Positions 38,166 through 49,943 of a stretch of DNA of 64,000 nt are shown one piece after another (within the stretch, counting starts at the first letter, position 1; the number at the start of each line of letters is the position of its first letter). Under the pieces are notes generated by a model. That model saw only the letters and a program-made list of their open reading frames with translations. It did not search any database and was not told where the DNA came from. Where the stretch lies: IMG/VR virus record IMGVR_UViG_3300035698_029839, positions 233,711 to 297,710 of that record. One strand, 5' to 3'. The position numbers and the translations under genes are program-made.

Positions 38166-38516
38166 ATGATTATTAAACAAAAAATGGATACTAAGCCAGT
38201 AGTTATTGAAACTACAAAGTCTATGAAAAAAGATGTTGATATATTTTTTTATGAGGATAATGAGGAACAGGAACAGAAACAAATTATAACACTGAATATA
38301 TATTATGAAGATAGAGATGGGGAAAATTGGTTAGACCATTTTACAGTTAATGAAGATGTAACTCAAATTGAGGATAGAGCAGATGTTGCAAGTGAAGTGC
38401 TTGACCATTTACACGAAGAAATATCACAACAATCGGAGATACAATCAGTCTGTGATACTGTTGATAGAATAGTAGATGAAACAATTAAGAGACTTAAGAT
38501 TCAAGAGGTAAACTAA
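38166..38516 (+). CDS. hypothetical protein
   Basis: follows repeat. Confidence 0.65.
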   Translation: MIIKQKMDTKPVVIETTKSMKKDVDIFFYEDNEEQEQKQIITLNIYYEDRDGENWLDHFTVNEDVTQIEDRADVASEVLDHLHEEISQQSEIQSVCDTVDRIVDETIKRLKIQEVN

Positions 38517-39031
38517 TGGGAGAAAAAATAAGAGATAGAAAAACACTTATATACCTCAATGCAAAAGATTTAACTCAAGTAGAGATAGAAGCTCTTGGAG
38601 ATATGGAGTTAGGTACTTGTGATAATTGTGGAGAGATAGATAGTTCAATGAGATTGAAGTGGATTGATGGTGAAGATTTTTATGATGATGCTCATTGTGT
38701 TGCTCTTGTAGCGAGTGGAATGTATTCGATTTGTGATAAATGTTATGAAAGACGAATAGTATATATATCATTATGCGGTAGTTGTGATAAATATTTTATA
38801 GTATCTGAAAAAGGAAATAAAGAATGTCCTAATTGCCATAGCGAGAATTTGGTTTATGGCTGTGTCGAAGAAATAGAATCAGGGACATTTGTAATTTATA
38901 ATAAAATAAATGATTTGTATTGGAGTAATGAATATGGGTGGGTAAATAAAAAGAGCGCTACTATCTTTAAGAAAGAAGAGAAACAGACAATAGATTTACC
39001 TATTGATGGGGAAATTAAAGAAAATCAATAA
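38516..39031 (+). CDS. Zn-finger protein
   Basis: four CxxC. Confidence 0.7.
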   Translation: MGEKIRDRKTLIYLNAKDLTQVEIEALGDMELGTCDNCGEIDSSMRLKWIDGEDFYDDAHCVALVASGMYSICDKCYERRIVYISLCGSCDKYFIVSEKGNKECPNCHSENLVYGCVEEIESGTFVIYNKINDLYWSNEYGWVNKKSATIFKKEEKQTIDLPIDGEIKENQ

Positions 39032-39064
39032 TTCCAGACAAATGAAAATTTGATTAGGTAGGTT

Positions 39065-39916
39065 ATGAAGATACAAACATTTTCAGTTGTAGTCGGTGGT
39101 AAAAAATGTAATGCTCATTGTCCTTATTGTGTTTCTAAAATGACTGGGTTAGAAGATTGTTCAGAAACAGGATATATTAATGAGCGTAATTTTCACAAGG
39201 CCTGTCAGTTTGCAAAACAATCTGGAGTTAGTACTGTATTATTAACAGGTAAGGGAGAACCTACTCTTTATATGAATCAGATTGATAGGTACCTTAACAT
39301 ATTAGAACAGTATGATTTTCCTTTTATAGAGCTTCAAACAAATGGAATGGATTTGCCATTACATAATGAAGAGTTATTTAATTGGTATAATAAGGGTATG
39401 ACTACTGTTTGTCTTTCTTGTGCTCACTGGTTGACAGATAGGAATAGAGAAATTTTTGGAGAGTTATTTGAACCTTTGGAGAAGAATATAAACCGCTTGC
39501 ACCGAGCAGGACTTTCTGTGAGAGCAAGTTGTGTAATGTGTAAGGATTATATTGATAATGCATCATCAGTAGGGGCTTTTGCTTTGTGGTGTAAAGAACA
39601 TAAAGTAGAACAATTCACTGCTCGTCCTGTCGGCATTGATGAAAATAGTGATAATGAGAAAATCAAAGAATGGGTTAGAGAACATTCTATATCTAAAATA
39701 CAACAAAAAGAAGTAGAAACACTTTTTGAAAAGGTTGGTTTTCTTTTGTTGGAATTAGCTCATGGTGCTAAAGTATATGACTATTATGGACAAAATGTCT
39801 CTATAAATAGTTGTCTCACTCATAGTCCAGATCCTGATGATATTAGACAGTTGATATTTTCTCCTGATGGTCATTTAAGATATTCTTGGGTGTATGATGG
39901 TGCTATTATAATCTAA
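39065..39916 (+). CDS. radical SAM protein
   Basis: CNAHCPYC, TGKGEP, LQTNG. Confidence 0.9.
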   Translation: MKIQTFSVVVGGKKCNAHCPYCVSKMTGLEDCSETGYINERNFHKACQFAKQSGVSTVLLTGKGEPTLYMNQIDRYLNILEQYDFPFIELQTNGMDLPLHNEELFNWYNKGMTTVCLSCAHWLTDRNREIFGELFEPLEKNINRLHRAGLSVRASCVMCKDYIDNASSVGAFALWCKEHKVEQFTARPVGIDENSDNEKIKEWVREHSISKIQQKEVETLFEKVGFLLLELAHGAKVYDYYGQNVSINSCLTHSPDPDDIRQLIFSPDGHLRYSWVYDGAIII

Positions 39917-39973
39917 TTCCAGACAAATGGTTTTATGTTTATGTAGGTTGTTAATTAAACTTTCGGAGTAAAT

Positions 39974-40453
39974 ATGGGAACTAATTTTTACATAAAAGGA
40001 TATGAACATCAAGGGAATGAAGCCCATACAGACCCACAATGGCATATAGGTAAAAGAAGTGCTGCTGGGCTTTTTTGTTATGATTGTGGTATATCTCTTT
40101 GTAAGGGAAAAGTACATTCTGGCGATGAATTTCACACCGCTTGCCCTAAATGTGGCAAAACTCCCACAAAGGAAACTTTGCTAGAAAGCTCTGGTGGTCT
40201 GGAGTTAGGTTTTAATTCAGATGATACAAAGATAAAAGAGGGTGTAGCAACTGCTAGCTCTTTCACTTTTGCTATGTCTAGGCTTAAAGTACCTATAAGG
40301 GTTCTTGATTCATTTGCAAAATATCCTAACGATGCAAAAGTTATAGTAGATGAATATGGTAGGGAATTTAATTATGGGGAATTTTGGAGGTTGTTAAAAC
40401 CGATACCAAAGGTCTTACAATTTACACACATGGTAGGCAAGGAGTTTTGTTAA
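39974..40453 (+). CDS. conserved phage protein
   Basis: MGTNFY, HIGKRS.AG, DEYG motifs. Confidence 0.75.
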   Translation: MGTNFYIKGYEHQGNEAHTDPQWHIGKRSAAGLFCYDCGISLCKGKVHSGDEFHTACPKCGKTPTKETLLESSGGLELGFNSDDTKIKEGVATASSFTFAMSRLKVPIRVLDSFAKYPNDAKVIVDEYGREFNYGEFWRLLKPIPKVLQFTHMVGKEFC

Positions 40454-40946
40454 TTCCAGACAAGTGATTTTTTGATAGGGTAGATTATGAAAATCTTTAC
40501 TAAACAAAATATCACCATTTTGATTATTACTTTTATTATTGCAATAATTCCTTGTTGTATAGGATTAAAGAGAGGAAAACAAATAAAATTACAAAAAGAG
40601 TATATAATAGTATTGGAGAAAAAATTAAATGGCTAAACAAAAGAATTTTTTATGTAAGTTTAATGTTACGAACTGTGATACTGAAATAAATTTTTTCTAT
40701 ATCGATCAGGGGAAGAATGAAGAAGAAGTTATTGAAAAAAACGAAGTAGAACACGATGCTTGCGGTCTTGATACCGAAGAATCTCCTGTTGGTGGTTGTA
40801 TTGGTGAAAAATGCACAGAACTTTGTAATGTTTATCCTATCACCGAATCACAGAAGAAATTTTTGAACAGTGTGGGTATCTTCTAATTCCAGACAAGTGG
40901 TTTTCTATTTGTGTAGGTTGTTAATATTATTTTTCGGAGAAACAAG

Positions 40947-41240
40947 ATGACTGACATAGAGAAAATGACAAAAATTTTGAGTGACTTAAGGTTAATTAGT
41001 AATACTGACTGCCTTGGGCAAATAGCAACGACAGCAAAAAATCGTAAAAGTGACTTAATGAGGTGGGCTACATTGTCGTGGGAAAAAGAAGATAATGTTC
41101 AGTTGTTACCTGAATACCAACACCGTAAACCGTACGATGCAATTGGTAAAATCGTGAAAATCAACAAAGTTAAGATGCAAGTCAATTTTAGTGGAGTGGT
41201 TTGGAATGTACCTAAAACAATGTTAGTCAAAGCCAAATAA
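40947..41240 (+). CDS. small SH3-like protein
   Basis: GKIVKIN..K..V.....WNVP..ML. Confidence 0.6.
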   Translation: MTDIEKMTKILSDLRLISNTDCLGQIATTAKNRKSDLMRWATLSWEKEDNVQLLPEYQHRKPYDAIGKIVKINKVKMQVNFSGVVWNVPKTMLVKAK

Positions 41241-42229
41241 ATAGTGTAGCCCTGCGAGATTATACTTTTTGGAGAAAAAATGAAAGTTAAAAAGACAATT
41301 TATAGAGTAGGAAATGGTTGGTATAATTTTGAAAATGTCCCACAAGGTTTTGTTAAGATTTGTAATCTTGCTTGCGGAACTGATATAAAAGCGTTAAATC
41401 AAGCTAAAAGAATGAACTCAAATTGCGAATATGAAATTAAGACGATGGAGAATTAAAATGACAGAAAAAGAAAAAATAGAAGAACAGAAACAAGAGCAAC
41501 AATGTAGAATTACTGCTGAAATTCTTAAAATTAAAGATAAGAATATTTTGATAAATCTTCAATCAGTAATAGATGTAAAATTACAAAAAATACTGAAGAA
41601 TTAAAAATGAAAATGAGAATATATTATGCAGGACTTGATGGCGCAATTGGTTGTATAGCTATTGAGGGAAGTGGTGAATGGAATCTTTTAGAGTTAAATA
41701 GTAGAGATGGAAGTGTTTGTAGACTAGGTGAACATATACTTAAAAAACTTAAAGATAATGATAATTAAACCTTATAATTCCAGACAAGTGGTTTTGTGCT
41801 TGTGTAGGTTGTTAATGTTAATTTATATTGGAGAAAAAAATGGTTCATATAACTGTTGCTAAAATAAATGGAGAAGAAGTTAGATATGATGCTTGTGTAG
41901 AAAAAGGGAAAAAACCAGATTGGTTGGAGACTTTTACATATCTTGGAGAAGGGACAATTTATTCTATCAACGGGATATTACAATTTGAATGTAATGTATG
42001 TGATTTTTATAAAAAGAATCTTTAAGAGTAAATTATGATAGATAAATATAAACCATATAAACAAGGTGTTATGTTAATTGGTGGTCAAGAAAAATTTAAT
42101 GCTTTAGAGCAGATATGGAGAAATATCACTACCTATATTGATAAGGTAGAAATATTCAAAAAAAGAGCAACAAAAGCAGGATATAATTATAATCAAATTA
42201 TGTGCTTTTTAGAAATGTAGGAGAAAATA

Positions 42230-42604
42230 ATGTCAACAGCAGCAACAATACAAATAGGTAAAGAGTATTTTTATTGTTCTAGTGATGGTTATCCTAAAGA
42301 TGTCATAGAAGATAATCTCAAACCACTTATCAAACAAGCAAAAGAAAAAGACAAAAGAAATCCTGATTTTTCTTTTATTAAGATTTTACAAATGTTGATG
42401 AAAGATGTCGATTTTGAAAATCCTGATTATTGTGCTTCTAGCCAATACTATTATAGTATAGATGATGATGGAAAAGTTTTTGTCCAGAATAGGGTTGGTA
42501 AAATGGTAGAATGTGCTTTTGTCGATGATGGAATGTTTATTGTTGATGATGGGAACACTACAAAATGGAAAGATTGGCAACAATATGAAGATGTTTTTAA
42601 GTAA
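42230..42604 (+). CDS. hypothetical phage protein
   Basis: MST.A.I..SDGYP motif. Confidence 0.7.
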   Translation: MSTAATIQIGKEYFYCSSDGYPKDVIEDNLKPLIKQAKEKDKRNPDFSFIKILQMLMKDVDFENPDYCASSQYYYSIDDDGKVFVQNRVGKMVECAFVDDGMFIVDDGNTTKWKDWQQYEDVFK

Positions 42605-42664
42605 TTCCAGACAAATGGTTTTTTTCTCTTATAGATTGTTAATGATAACTTTTGGAGAAATAGA

Positions 42665-43279
42665 ATGAGTGAAACAGTAGAAACAATTAGATGCAAAGGC
42701 CATACAATCGAAATCAAACAAGATGATTGTGGTTATAACCCTCGTGAAAACGATAATATCTGTATTATCCATACCGCTCATAGAAATTATAGTTTTGGAG
42801 ATAAAAGCTATAATGATAGTGATAGCATACACGAGGCCGAAAGAGAAGCAGTAAGAAATGGAGATATAGTTTTACCATTATATATGTATGAACATAGTGG
42901 TATAACAATATCACTTTCACCTTTTTCTTGTCGTTGGGATTCTGGGCAAGTAGGTTTTGTTCAAGTGCCTCGTAAGAAAATAATAGAAGAATTTGGTAAG
43001 AAAATATTTACAAAGAAACTTAAAGAAAAAGCGTTAAAATGGGCGAATATAGAAGTAACAGAATTAGACAGCTATTTAAGAGGGGAAGTTTATGGTTTTG
43101 TCATTGATGATGGTGATAGCTGCTGGGGATATATCGGAGATATGAAGTATTGTATTGAAGAAGCAAAAGGGACAGTTAATTGTATTGTTAAACACAATAT
43201 AAAAGAACATTGTGAAATAGTTAAACAGTGGATTAAGAACAAAGTCCCGTTACAATATAGAAAAACCCTTGCAATGTAA
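42665..43279 (+). CDS. conserved phage protein
   Basis: LPLYMYEHSGITIS..WDSGQVG..YLRGEVYGF..DSCWGY. Confidence 0.8.
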   Translation: MSETVETIRCKGHTIEIKQDDCGYNPRENDNICIIHTAHRNYSFGDKSYNDSDSIHEAEREAVRNGDIVLPLYMYEHSGITISLSPFSCRWDSGQVGFVQVPRKKIIEEFGKKIFTKKLKEKALKWANIEVTELDSYLRGEVYGFVIDDGDSCWGYIGDMKYCIEEAKGTVNCIVKHNIKEHCEIVKQWIKNKVPLQYRKTLAM

Positions 43280-43342
43280 TTCCAGACAACCGATTTTTTG
43301 CTTTGGTAGGTTGTTAATACTACTTATTTATGGAGAAATAAA

Positions 43343-44398
43343 ATGAGTGATTTAGTAGACTGGAATAGACCTGAAAAAGGCGTAGCAAGAAACTTTGCTA
43401 TGGAATATGAGGGAAAAATATATAATACTTTCCTTTGTTTGCCTGCTCATTCTTGTTTAGACCTTAGACAAGGGCTGAAAAATGGTTCTGTGAGAAAAAC
43501 TGATAGGATTATTGCTGTTGATAATAATCCTGATAATTGGATGAGAACCGAAAGATTCTTGCAAAGGAATTTTGGAGCTAATTACATTTTCTTCAAGGGT
43601 AATGTTGAAGATTTTCCAATGGCTCGAATGATGAAAGAAAGAAACTTCCCTAAGATTGATTTTTCTTTCTTTGATTTGTGTGGACAACTTTGCCCTACAA
43701 GAGTAAAATGGCTTTTTGACAATAGGGTATGTTTTGCACCGAATTGTCGTTTTGGTTTGACAGTATCAGCGGCTCAACGATGGATGAAACAATGGGAAAA
43801 AATAATCTGTAATATTGCTACGGAAATGTTTTATTCCGATGACCTTGAAACACTTTTGACTAATGCTAAAAATAACCTTGCAAAAGATATTTTTGGATTA
43901 CCTATTGATATTAAAAAACGGCAAAAACTGAAAAAGAATAAGATAACAGAATTTACAAATGTTATTAAAAGTATTAAAGCATCGTGTTCTATTTTTATGA
44001 TGGCAATGAATAATTTTAATATGACAATCAATCGTGTCTATCGTTATAAAGAATCAAATGATGATGAAAAGCATACTGAAATGGTCTTTATTGATTTCCG
44101 CTTCGATGGAAACGATATAGGTGATGATATTTGTCTTGATGTTATTGAAGAATTTAAGTCAAGTGGATATTATTCCAATAGAAAGAAAAGACCTGTTGAC
44201 AAACCAAAAATTGTGCTAAAAAATGCTAATGCTATTGCTCGGCATATGGGTATCTATGGAAACTTTGAAAGTATTTTTGATATGAAACCTTGTTCAAGAG
44301 CGCATATTAAAATCAATGCTAAAAAGTTCGGTCTTAATCCTAAGAATGTTACTACAAAGATTGAAAAAAGACTTAAAAAGTATGGTTTGAAAGCATAG
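43343..44398 (+). CDS. hypothetical protein, possible SAM-dependent methyltransferase fold
   Basis: IIAVD and IDFSFFDLCG strands. Confidence 0.55.
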   Translation: MSDLVDWNRPEKGVARNFAMEYEGKIYNTFLCLPAHSCLDLRQGLKNGSVRKTDRIIAVDNNPDNWMRTERFLQRNFGANYIFFKGNVEDFPMARMMKERNFPKIDFSFFDLCGQLCPTRVKWLFDNRVCFAPNCRFGLTVSAAQRWMKQWEKIICNIATEMFYSDDLETLLTNAKNNLAKDIFGLPIDIKKRQKLKKNKITEFTNVIKSIKASCSIFMMAMNNFNMTINRVYRYKESNDDEKHTEMVFIDFRFDGNDIGDDICLDVIEEFKSSGYYSNRKKRPVDKPKIVLKNANAIARHMGIYGNFESIFDMKPCSRAHIKINAKKFGLNPKNVTTKIEKRLKKYGLKA

Positions 44399-45005
44399 GA
44401 TATATTTTTCCAGATGTTTGTATACAGTATAAAGACCATTTATTTTTAATTTAAGAAAGAATGGTGAAGCAAGAAAGACAAGAGTATATAAGAATAAAAG
44501 CAAAGTATAATTTATAATTTATAAATCATAAAAACAATGTAACTAGATAAGGAGAGAAAATGGACCCGAATGATTTAATCAATTATGATCCTGAAGATGT
44601 TCAAAATGTATTTGAGTAATTCCAGACAATCGGTTTTATGAAAAGGTAAGGTATGATATTTAAACATAGAGAAACTCAGAAACCTGCATTATGGATAACT
44701 CCTTATAATGCAAACTGGCGGGATCAAGATGATCCTAATTTGTATAAAATTACAGACTGGACAGATTTGCCAGACTCTCAGCCTTTTTATTCACAACTAG
44801 GAATACCTATAGAAATATGGAAAGGGCAAGGAAAGAAAGCTCTTTGGTTCTATTTTCTGGCTTTCCTAAAAGAAGATCATAGGTTTGTACATGATTTTTG
44901 GTTCTTTCTTTTGCCCTCTGGTTTTCCTGATAAGATTATTGGTTAATTCCAGACAAGCGATTTTTTATTATTATAGGTTGTTAATACTATTTTTGGAGAG
45001 AAAAA

Positions 45006-45470
45006 ATGGAAACTATGCAACAGTTTAATAATGTTTGTGTTGAAGAAATAGAAAATTACTATAAAAAAAGAAAAGAAATTGAAGAAGATATAAAAAATTT
45101 AGAAACAAAAAAAGAAAATTTAAGATACCCTCGTATGAAAAGCATTTTTACGTCAATAGCTGAGCAAATACAAAAGAGATTAAAAGCAAGTGGATATGTT
45201 TTTTATGGGCCTTTTGGGTTATGTTGTGAAACTACTATTTATTGGTTAAAAGATATGGAAAAAGATATAATAAAAGATGATAATATTTTGGGGGGTTTAA
45301 CTCTTATATCTAATGGTAACGAATGGGCGATTAGAGATAAAAATAAAGTTAATGACAATTATGCAAAAGGAAGTATAGCAGAAATGAATGGTATGAATTA
45401 TGCCACTGTACAAATAGAAGAAAAAATGAATATTGATTGGCTTGTAGAATTTGCAAAAGAAGATGGTTAA
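45006..45470 (+). CDS. hypothetical protein
   Basis: repeat cassette, GGAG RBS. Confidence 0.75.
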   Translation: METMQQFNNVCVEEIENYYKKRKEIEEDIKNLETKKENLRYPRMKSIFTSIAEQIQKRLKASGYVFYGPFGLCCETTIYWLKDMEKDIIKDDNILGGLTLISNGNEWAIRDKNKVNDNYAKGSIAEMNGMNYATVQIEEKMNIDWLVEFAKEDG

Positions 45471-45923
45471 TTCCAGACAAGTGATTTTCCGATGTTATAG
45501 AGTATGGCAAAAGGAAAAAAACATTCTGTTTTGAGAGTAAGAAAAAAGAGTTTAACGGATAGAACTCGTCTCAATACTATGGTTATTCCTGACAAAAAGA
45601 AAACAAAAAACAAAAAGAAATGCAGAAAGAAGGTAAATTATGACGACTAGAAAGGACACATTCGGAGTATTTGTCTACACGAAAAAAAATGATAGAAATG
45701 TTTCTTATGAGTATTTCTCAGAAAATAAAAAAGCAGTTACAGCTGCTAAAAAAACCTTTTCTGACCTGCCGAATAAGAAAGATTGTTATGTAGAAGTATG
45801 GGAACAGGACGAGAGAGGGATGTGGGGAAGTGTTGGAGAGCCTATTTGGAAATCAGATAAGTAATTCCAGACAAGTGATTTTTTCTTTCTATAACTTGTT
45901 AATGTTAATTTAATGGAGAAATA

Positions 45924-46229
45924 ATGATAGAAATAATGATAGAAATAATGATTGGTGCATTGCTTGCGATTGTTGCTTATTTGTTTTTGGGTTATCTTTG
46001 GAAACAAAGGAAACAGAAGAAACAGTACAAAAAATGTGTTTATCAGGTGGTTGAAATGCTTAGAGCATACAACAGAAACCCTGCTGATATAAAAAATTGC
46101 GAAACACAATATGAGGCTGTTTGTAAGGCAACTGAATATTTGACTGCTACTGTTTGTGAAGAAATGTTGCAATATCTCCCTAAAGAAGAACAAATAGATT
46201 ATGAAAAACAGTTTAAGAGAGATAAGTAG
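45924..46229 (+). CDS. small membrane-anchored protein
   Basis: TM segment; ATGATAGAAATA tandem at start. Confidence 0.65.
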   Translation: MIEIMIEIMIGALLAIVAYLFLGYLWKQRKQKKQYKKCVYQVVEMLRAYNRNPADIKNCETQYEAVCKATEYLTATVCEEMLQYLPKEEQIDYEKQFKRDK

Positions 46230-48231
46230 ATTATGAGAACATTAAACAAAAGACAAAAGAAAATTCTGGACAAATGGTTCGAGACAATAAAAAACGAGCC
46301 AGGACTAGGTGTGGCAGATGTTGTTGAAGACTTATTGCCATATGATATATGGAAAGAACTCGAGAGGCTAAACGATCACGAGACTATCTACCAGAATATC
46401 AACAGATATATCAATGACAAAGCTATGGCAGACTAGTTTCCAGACAACTGATTTTCAGGAGAGATATATTATGACAGATAAGATAAAACAAATATTTGAG
46501 CATTTTATGGCCCTGAGATTTGCTCATATAAAAGTTGCTGATCCTTATTATAAAGAGTGGCAAGATAGATTTGAAACTGGTATAGAGTGGCAAAAGTCAG
46601 ACTACTCTAATCGGTTTGCACTAAAAACTCTTGCTCCAGATCTTTATCCTGATGATAAAGATGATTTCTTTATAAGAGAGTAATTCCAGACAACTGATTT
46701 TTTACTCTTATAGGTTGTTAATCGCAACACCGAATAGGAGAAACAAATGCAAACTGCTACAAAATTACAATATGATTATTGATTGTTATAATTCCAGACA
46801 AATGGTTTTCTGGAACAGTATAATGTAAATAGACGAGATATAACCCTAAAGTAAAGCCTGAAAGAGAGGTGCTAGATGCGAAGTTAAACTAACTATTTAT
46901 TAATGGGATATTTTTAGAGAATTTTTGAACTTCGAGTTTTTGTGGTCTTCTCAAGCAAGTAAAAAGACCACCAGCAATTATTCTTTTTAGCTTGTTTTTG
47001 ATTTGTCAAAAGTCCCTCATTTTGAGGAGAGATGAGGGACTATTCCTTTTCCAGACAAGTGATTTTCTCTTATTGTAAGTTGTTAATGATTATCTTTTGG
47101 AGATAAAAAATGTTTATAATATTAGCAACAGGAAATTGGCCAGGAGCTTTCACGATAGTCGGTGTTGCTTTTGCTTTTGCTTGGTAGATGAGGGGCACTT
47201 AAAATGAGTAAAGTAAGAAGATGTCCTTGGTGTAATAAAGTTGTTGTAGGACACCCTAATAAGAAATTCTGTAACACTAAACACAAAGATAAATATCATA
47301 ACACTAAAAACCCTAGAGGAATATACAAACACTTGCACCCTGATAATATCTCAATAGAAGATGAAATGCACCCTTGCGATCCGCACTCGTTAGGTCAAGA
47401 ATAGTTTTCCAGACAAATGGTTTTTTGTTTCTCTAATGTATGGCAAAGAAAAAGAAAATTAAAATAAGACGACCATTTTTAGGCTTTGAAAATAAAGCAA
47501 AAGATGAGATAATAATTGATGAAGAAAAGATAAAACAAACTTTCCCTGATATACAACAAAGATTAGAATATGTTAATGCACTAATAAATAAATTCTAGAA
47601 AAAAGAAAAATGAAAGTTGAAAAAGCAATACAATACTATAAAGAACGTCTTATCCGCAAGGCAAAGAAAAACGGATTGTGGGAAAACTTTGGACAAGAAG
47701 AAATAGGTATATTAGAAGAGATTTACTCCAAACATAAATACAAAGATGATGGAGTTTGGGATAAGATAGAAGCTTTTGATAATTGGTGTATGAATTGTGA
47801 TTTAGGAGTACTAAAAAATGAATAATGGAACAATCAGAGTGCTAGGAGATATGCCAACAGAGTTAAGATGTCCGTATGGCTGCGATGGTGGTGATGTTAC
47901 AGTCGATTCTAAAACAGGAAAATGTAAAATTTGCGGCAGAGTTTACAATATAGAACCTACGCAAATAATAGTAGGGGTTTTTCCAGACAACTGATTTTTT
48001 GCTTTTGTAGGTTGTTAATCGAAACCTTGCGGAGATATAAAATGGACTGGTTAGATAAGAAAATACAAGAACAAAAACATAATATTGATATTATGAAAAG
48101 AGTTTGCGATCCTTTTGAACCTGCTGATTTACAGGAAAAAAAAGAACGCGGAGAGCTTGACGAATAACTTCCAGACAAGTGGTTTTGTGCTTGTGTAGGT
48201 TGTTAATCGAAACCTTTTAGGAGTAAACGAA

Positions 48232-48543
48232 ATGAAGTTAATGACAAAAGAAATCCTGGATAAAATACCTGCTTTGTATGCAGACGAAAACATTCCACTT
48301 GGTGAAAAAATCTGTTATGTTAGATTCTTTCACCCTTTTTCAAGTTGGAAATGGTTCGCAACGGAATTTGACCCCGAAACAGGTATATTTTTTGGATGGG
48401 TTGATGGTTCTTTTCCTGAATGGGGAAATTTTTCTCTTGAAGAAATGCAAGGTGTTAAGGTTAGAGGTTTGGGAATTGAAAGAGATATGCACTTTACCCC
48501 CAAACCAATGAAAGAAATATCCGAATATAAAGAAAGAGGTTAA
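48232..48543 (+). CDS. DUF2958-family protein
   Basis: WKWFATE.D....FFGWVDG...EWG.FSL.E....IERD.HF. Confidence 0.8.
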   Translation: MKLMTKEILDKIPALYADENIPLGEKICYVRFFHPFSSWKWFATEFDPETGIFFGWVDGSFPEWGNFSLEEMQGVKVRGLGIERDMHFTPKPMKEISEYKERG

Positions 48544-48692
48544 AACAGAAGCCTTGTTATCCTTTCCCGATAGTCTTTAGTTGCAAGTCGGTAATAAATT
48601 AAAGATGAAGGATAGCAAGGCATTTTTCCAGACAAGTGGTTTTTTGTTTGTGTAGGTTGTTAATCGAAACCTTTTTTTAGGAGTAAACGAAA

Positions 48693-48959
48693 ATGGCAAA
48701 AAAATCATTCAGAACGGACGAGGCTTTTGCAAGTATTGCGACAGCAATCAATTTAGTTGCAGCCGAAATGGAAAAGCCAAAAGAACAGCAAAACGAAAAA
48801 AGAGCGGGACAGGTTGCTTTGGCAGCAGTCAAAGTTATTGTTGATTCTGAAGCAGCATCAATGAATAGTGATAAATTTGACCTTGCCCCGATAGCAGAAA
48901 TTGAGGGAAAAATTGAGCAAGCAGTCGGGACAATCGAACCGCCGCCACTAACATTTTAA
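48693..48959 (+). CDS. hypothetical protein
   Basis: AGGAG RBS, terminator downstream. Confidence 0.75.
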   Translation: MAKKSFRTDEAFASIATAINLVAAEMEKPKEQQNEKRAGQVALAAVKVIVDSEAASMNSDKFDLAPIAEIEGKIEQAVGTIEPPPLTF

Positions 48960-49649
48960 GGTTTTCGGTTTGCCCCCTGTCTGATGCAGGGGGTTTTTCT
49001 TTTCCAGACAAGTGGTTTTTTACTATTATAGATTGATAAGTTAATAATCTTTTTTAGGAGTAAAAAATGATACAAGTAAAAACAACAAAAAAACCTATCG
49101 AACTTGGGGCAATTCCAAAAAACACGATGGCGCATACAAAAGGTCTCGATGAGATTGATTTGTGGGCGGCAAAAGTCGGAAAAGCAGAAAAAAGAAAAAG
49201 AGAAATAACACCCGTTAAAAAACATATTGTTTGTACTTAATACCTCAAAACCTTGCCTCTGCTTATCTAATAAATAAGCAGGGGCACCTTTTCCAGACAA
49301 GTGGTTTTTTACTCTTATAGATTGTTATTTGAAAAGTAAATAAAAGAGCCGAAAGAAATTAGTGAGATATTGTTTAAGGCATAGGGTTACAGACCTAAAG
49401 AATGCGCAAGGGCGAAGCCCCTGAGAACTAACTAACAAGTCTGATTAGTCTTTTCTGTAAGAAGATAGCATATATAGACAATATCCTACTACTTCCTTTC
49501 TGCCCAATTTTGGAAACTACTAATTTTGTTTTTCATAGCCCCATCCAGCGGTGGGTAATAACACTGGACGTAATAAGGAATAAATTCCAGACAGGTGGTT
49601 TTTTATTATTATAGTTTGTTAATGATAACCTTTTTTTAGGAGTGAAAAA

Positions 49650-49943
49650 ATGTTAGGGAAAAAAACAAATTGTGATTTATCAGCAGGGATAGCAAAACTT
49701 GACCTTGAAAAACTTACAAAACAGGTAGAAATTCACTTTTATTCTCTTATGGAGAAAATAAGACGAAAATCATCTAGTATAATAAACGATAGTCTAAAAA
49801 TAGAAGATAGAAAAGATAGTTTATCTTCTATGTCGGCAACGGGTGCTGATGAATTTACTAGATTATCTGAAAGCCTCGCAGAGACAACCGAATTATTACA
49901 TACATTATACAACACAACAGATAGAGAAATAATTATCGAATAA
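49650..49943 (+). CDS. hypothetical protein
   Basis: repeat cassette. Confidence 0.7.
   Translation: MLGKKTNCDLSAGIAKLDLEKLTKQVEIHFYSLMEKIRRKSSSIINDSLKIEDRKDSLSSMSATGADEFTRLSESLAETTELLHTLYNTTDREIIIE

Noticed and set aside
14977-46737. Recurring CAC(C/T)GAATAG word (14977, 17686, 26090, 46727)
   Set aside because: Few copies in inconsistent contexts; cannot be separated from chance without statistics.
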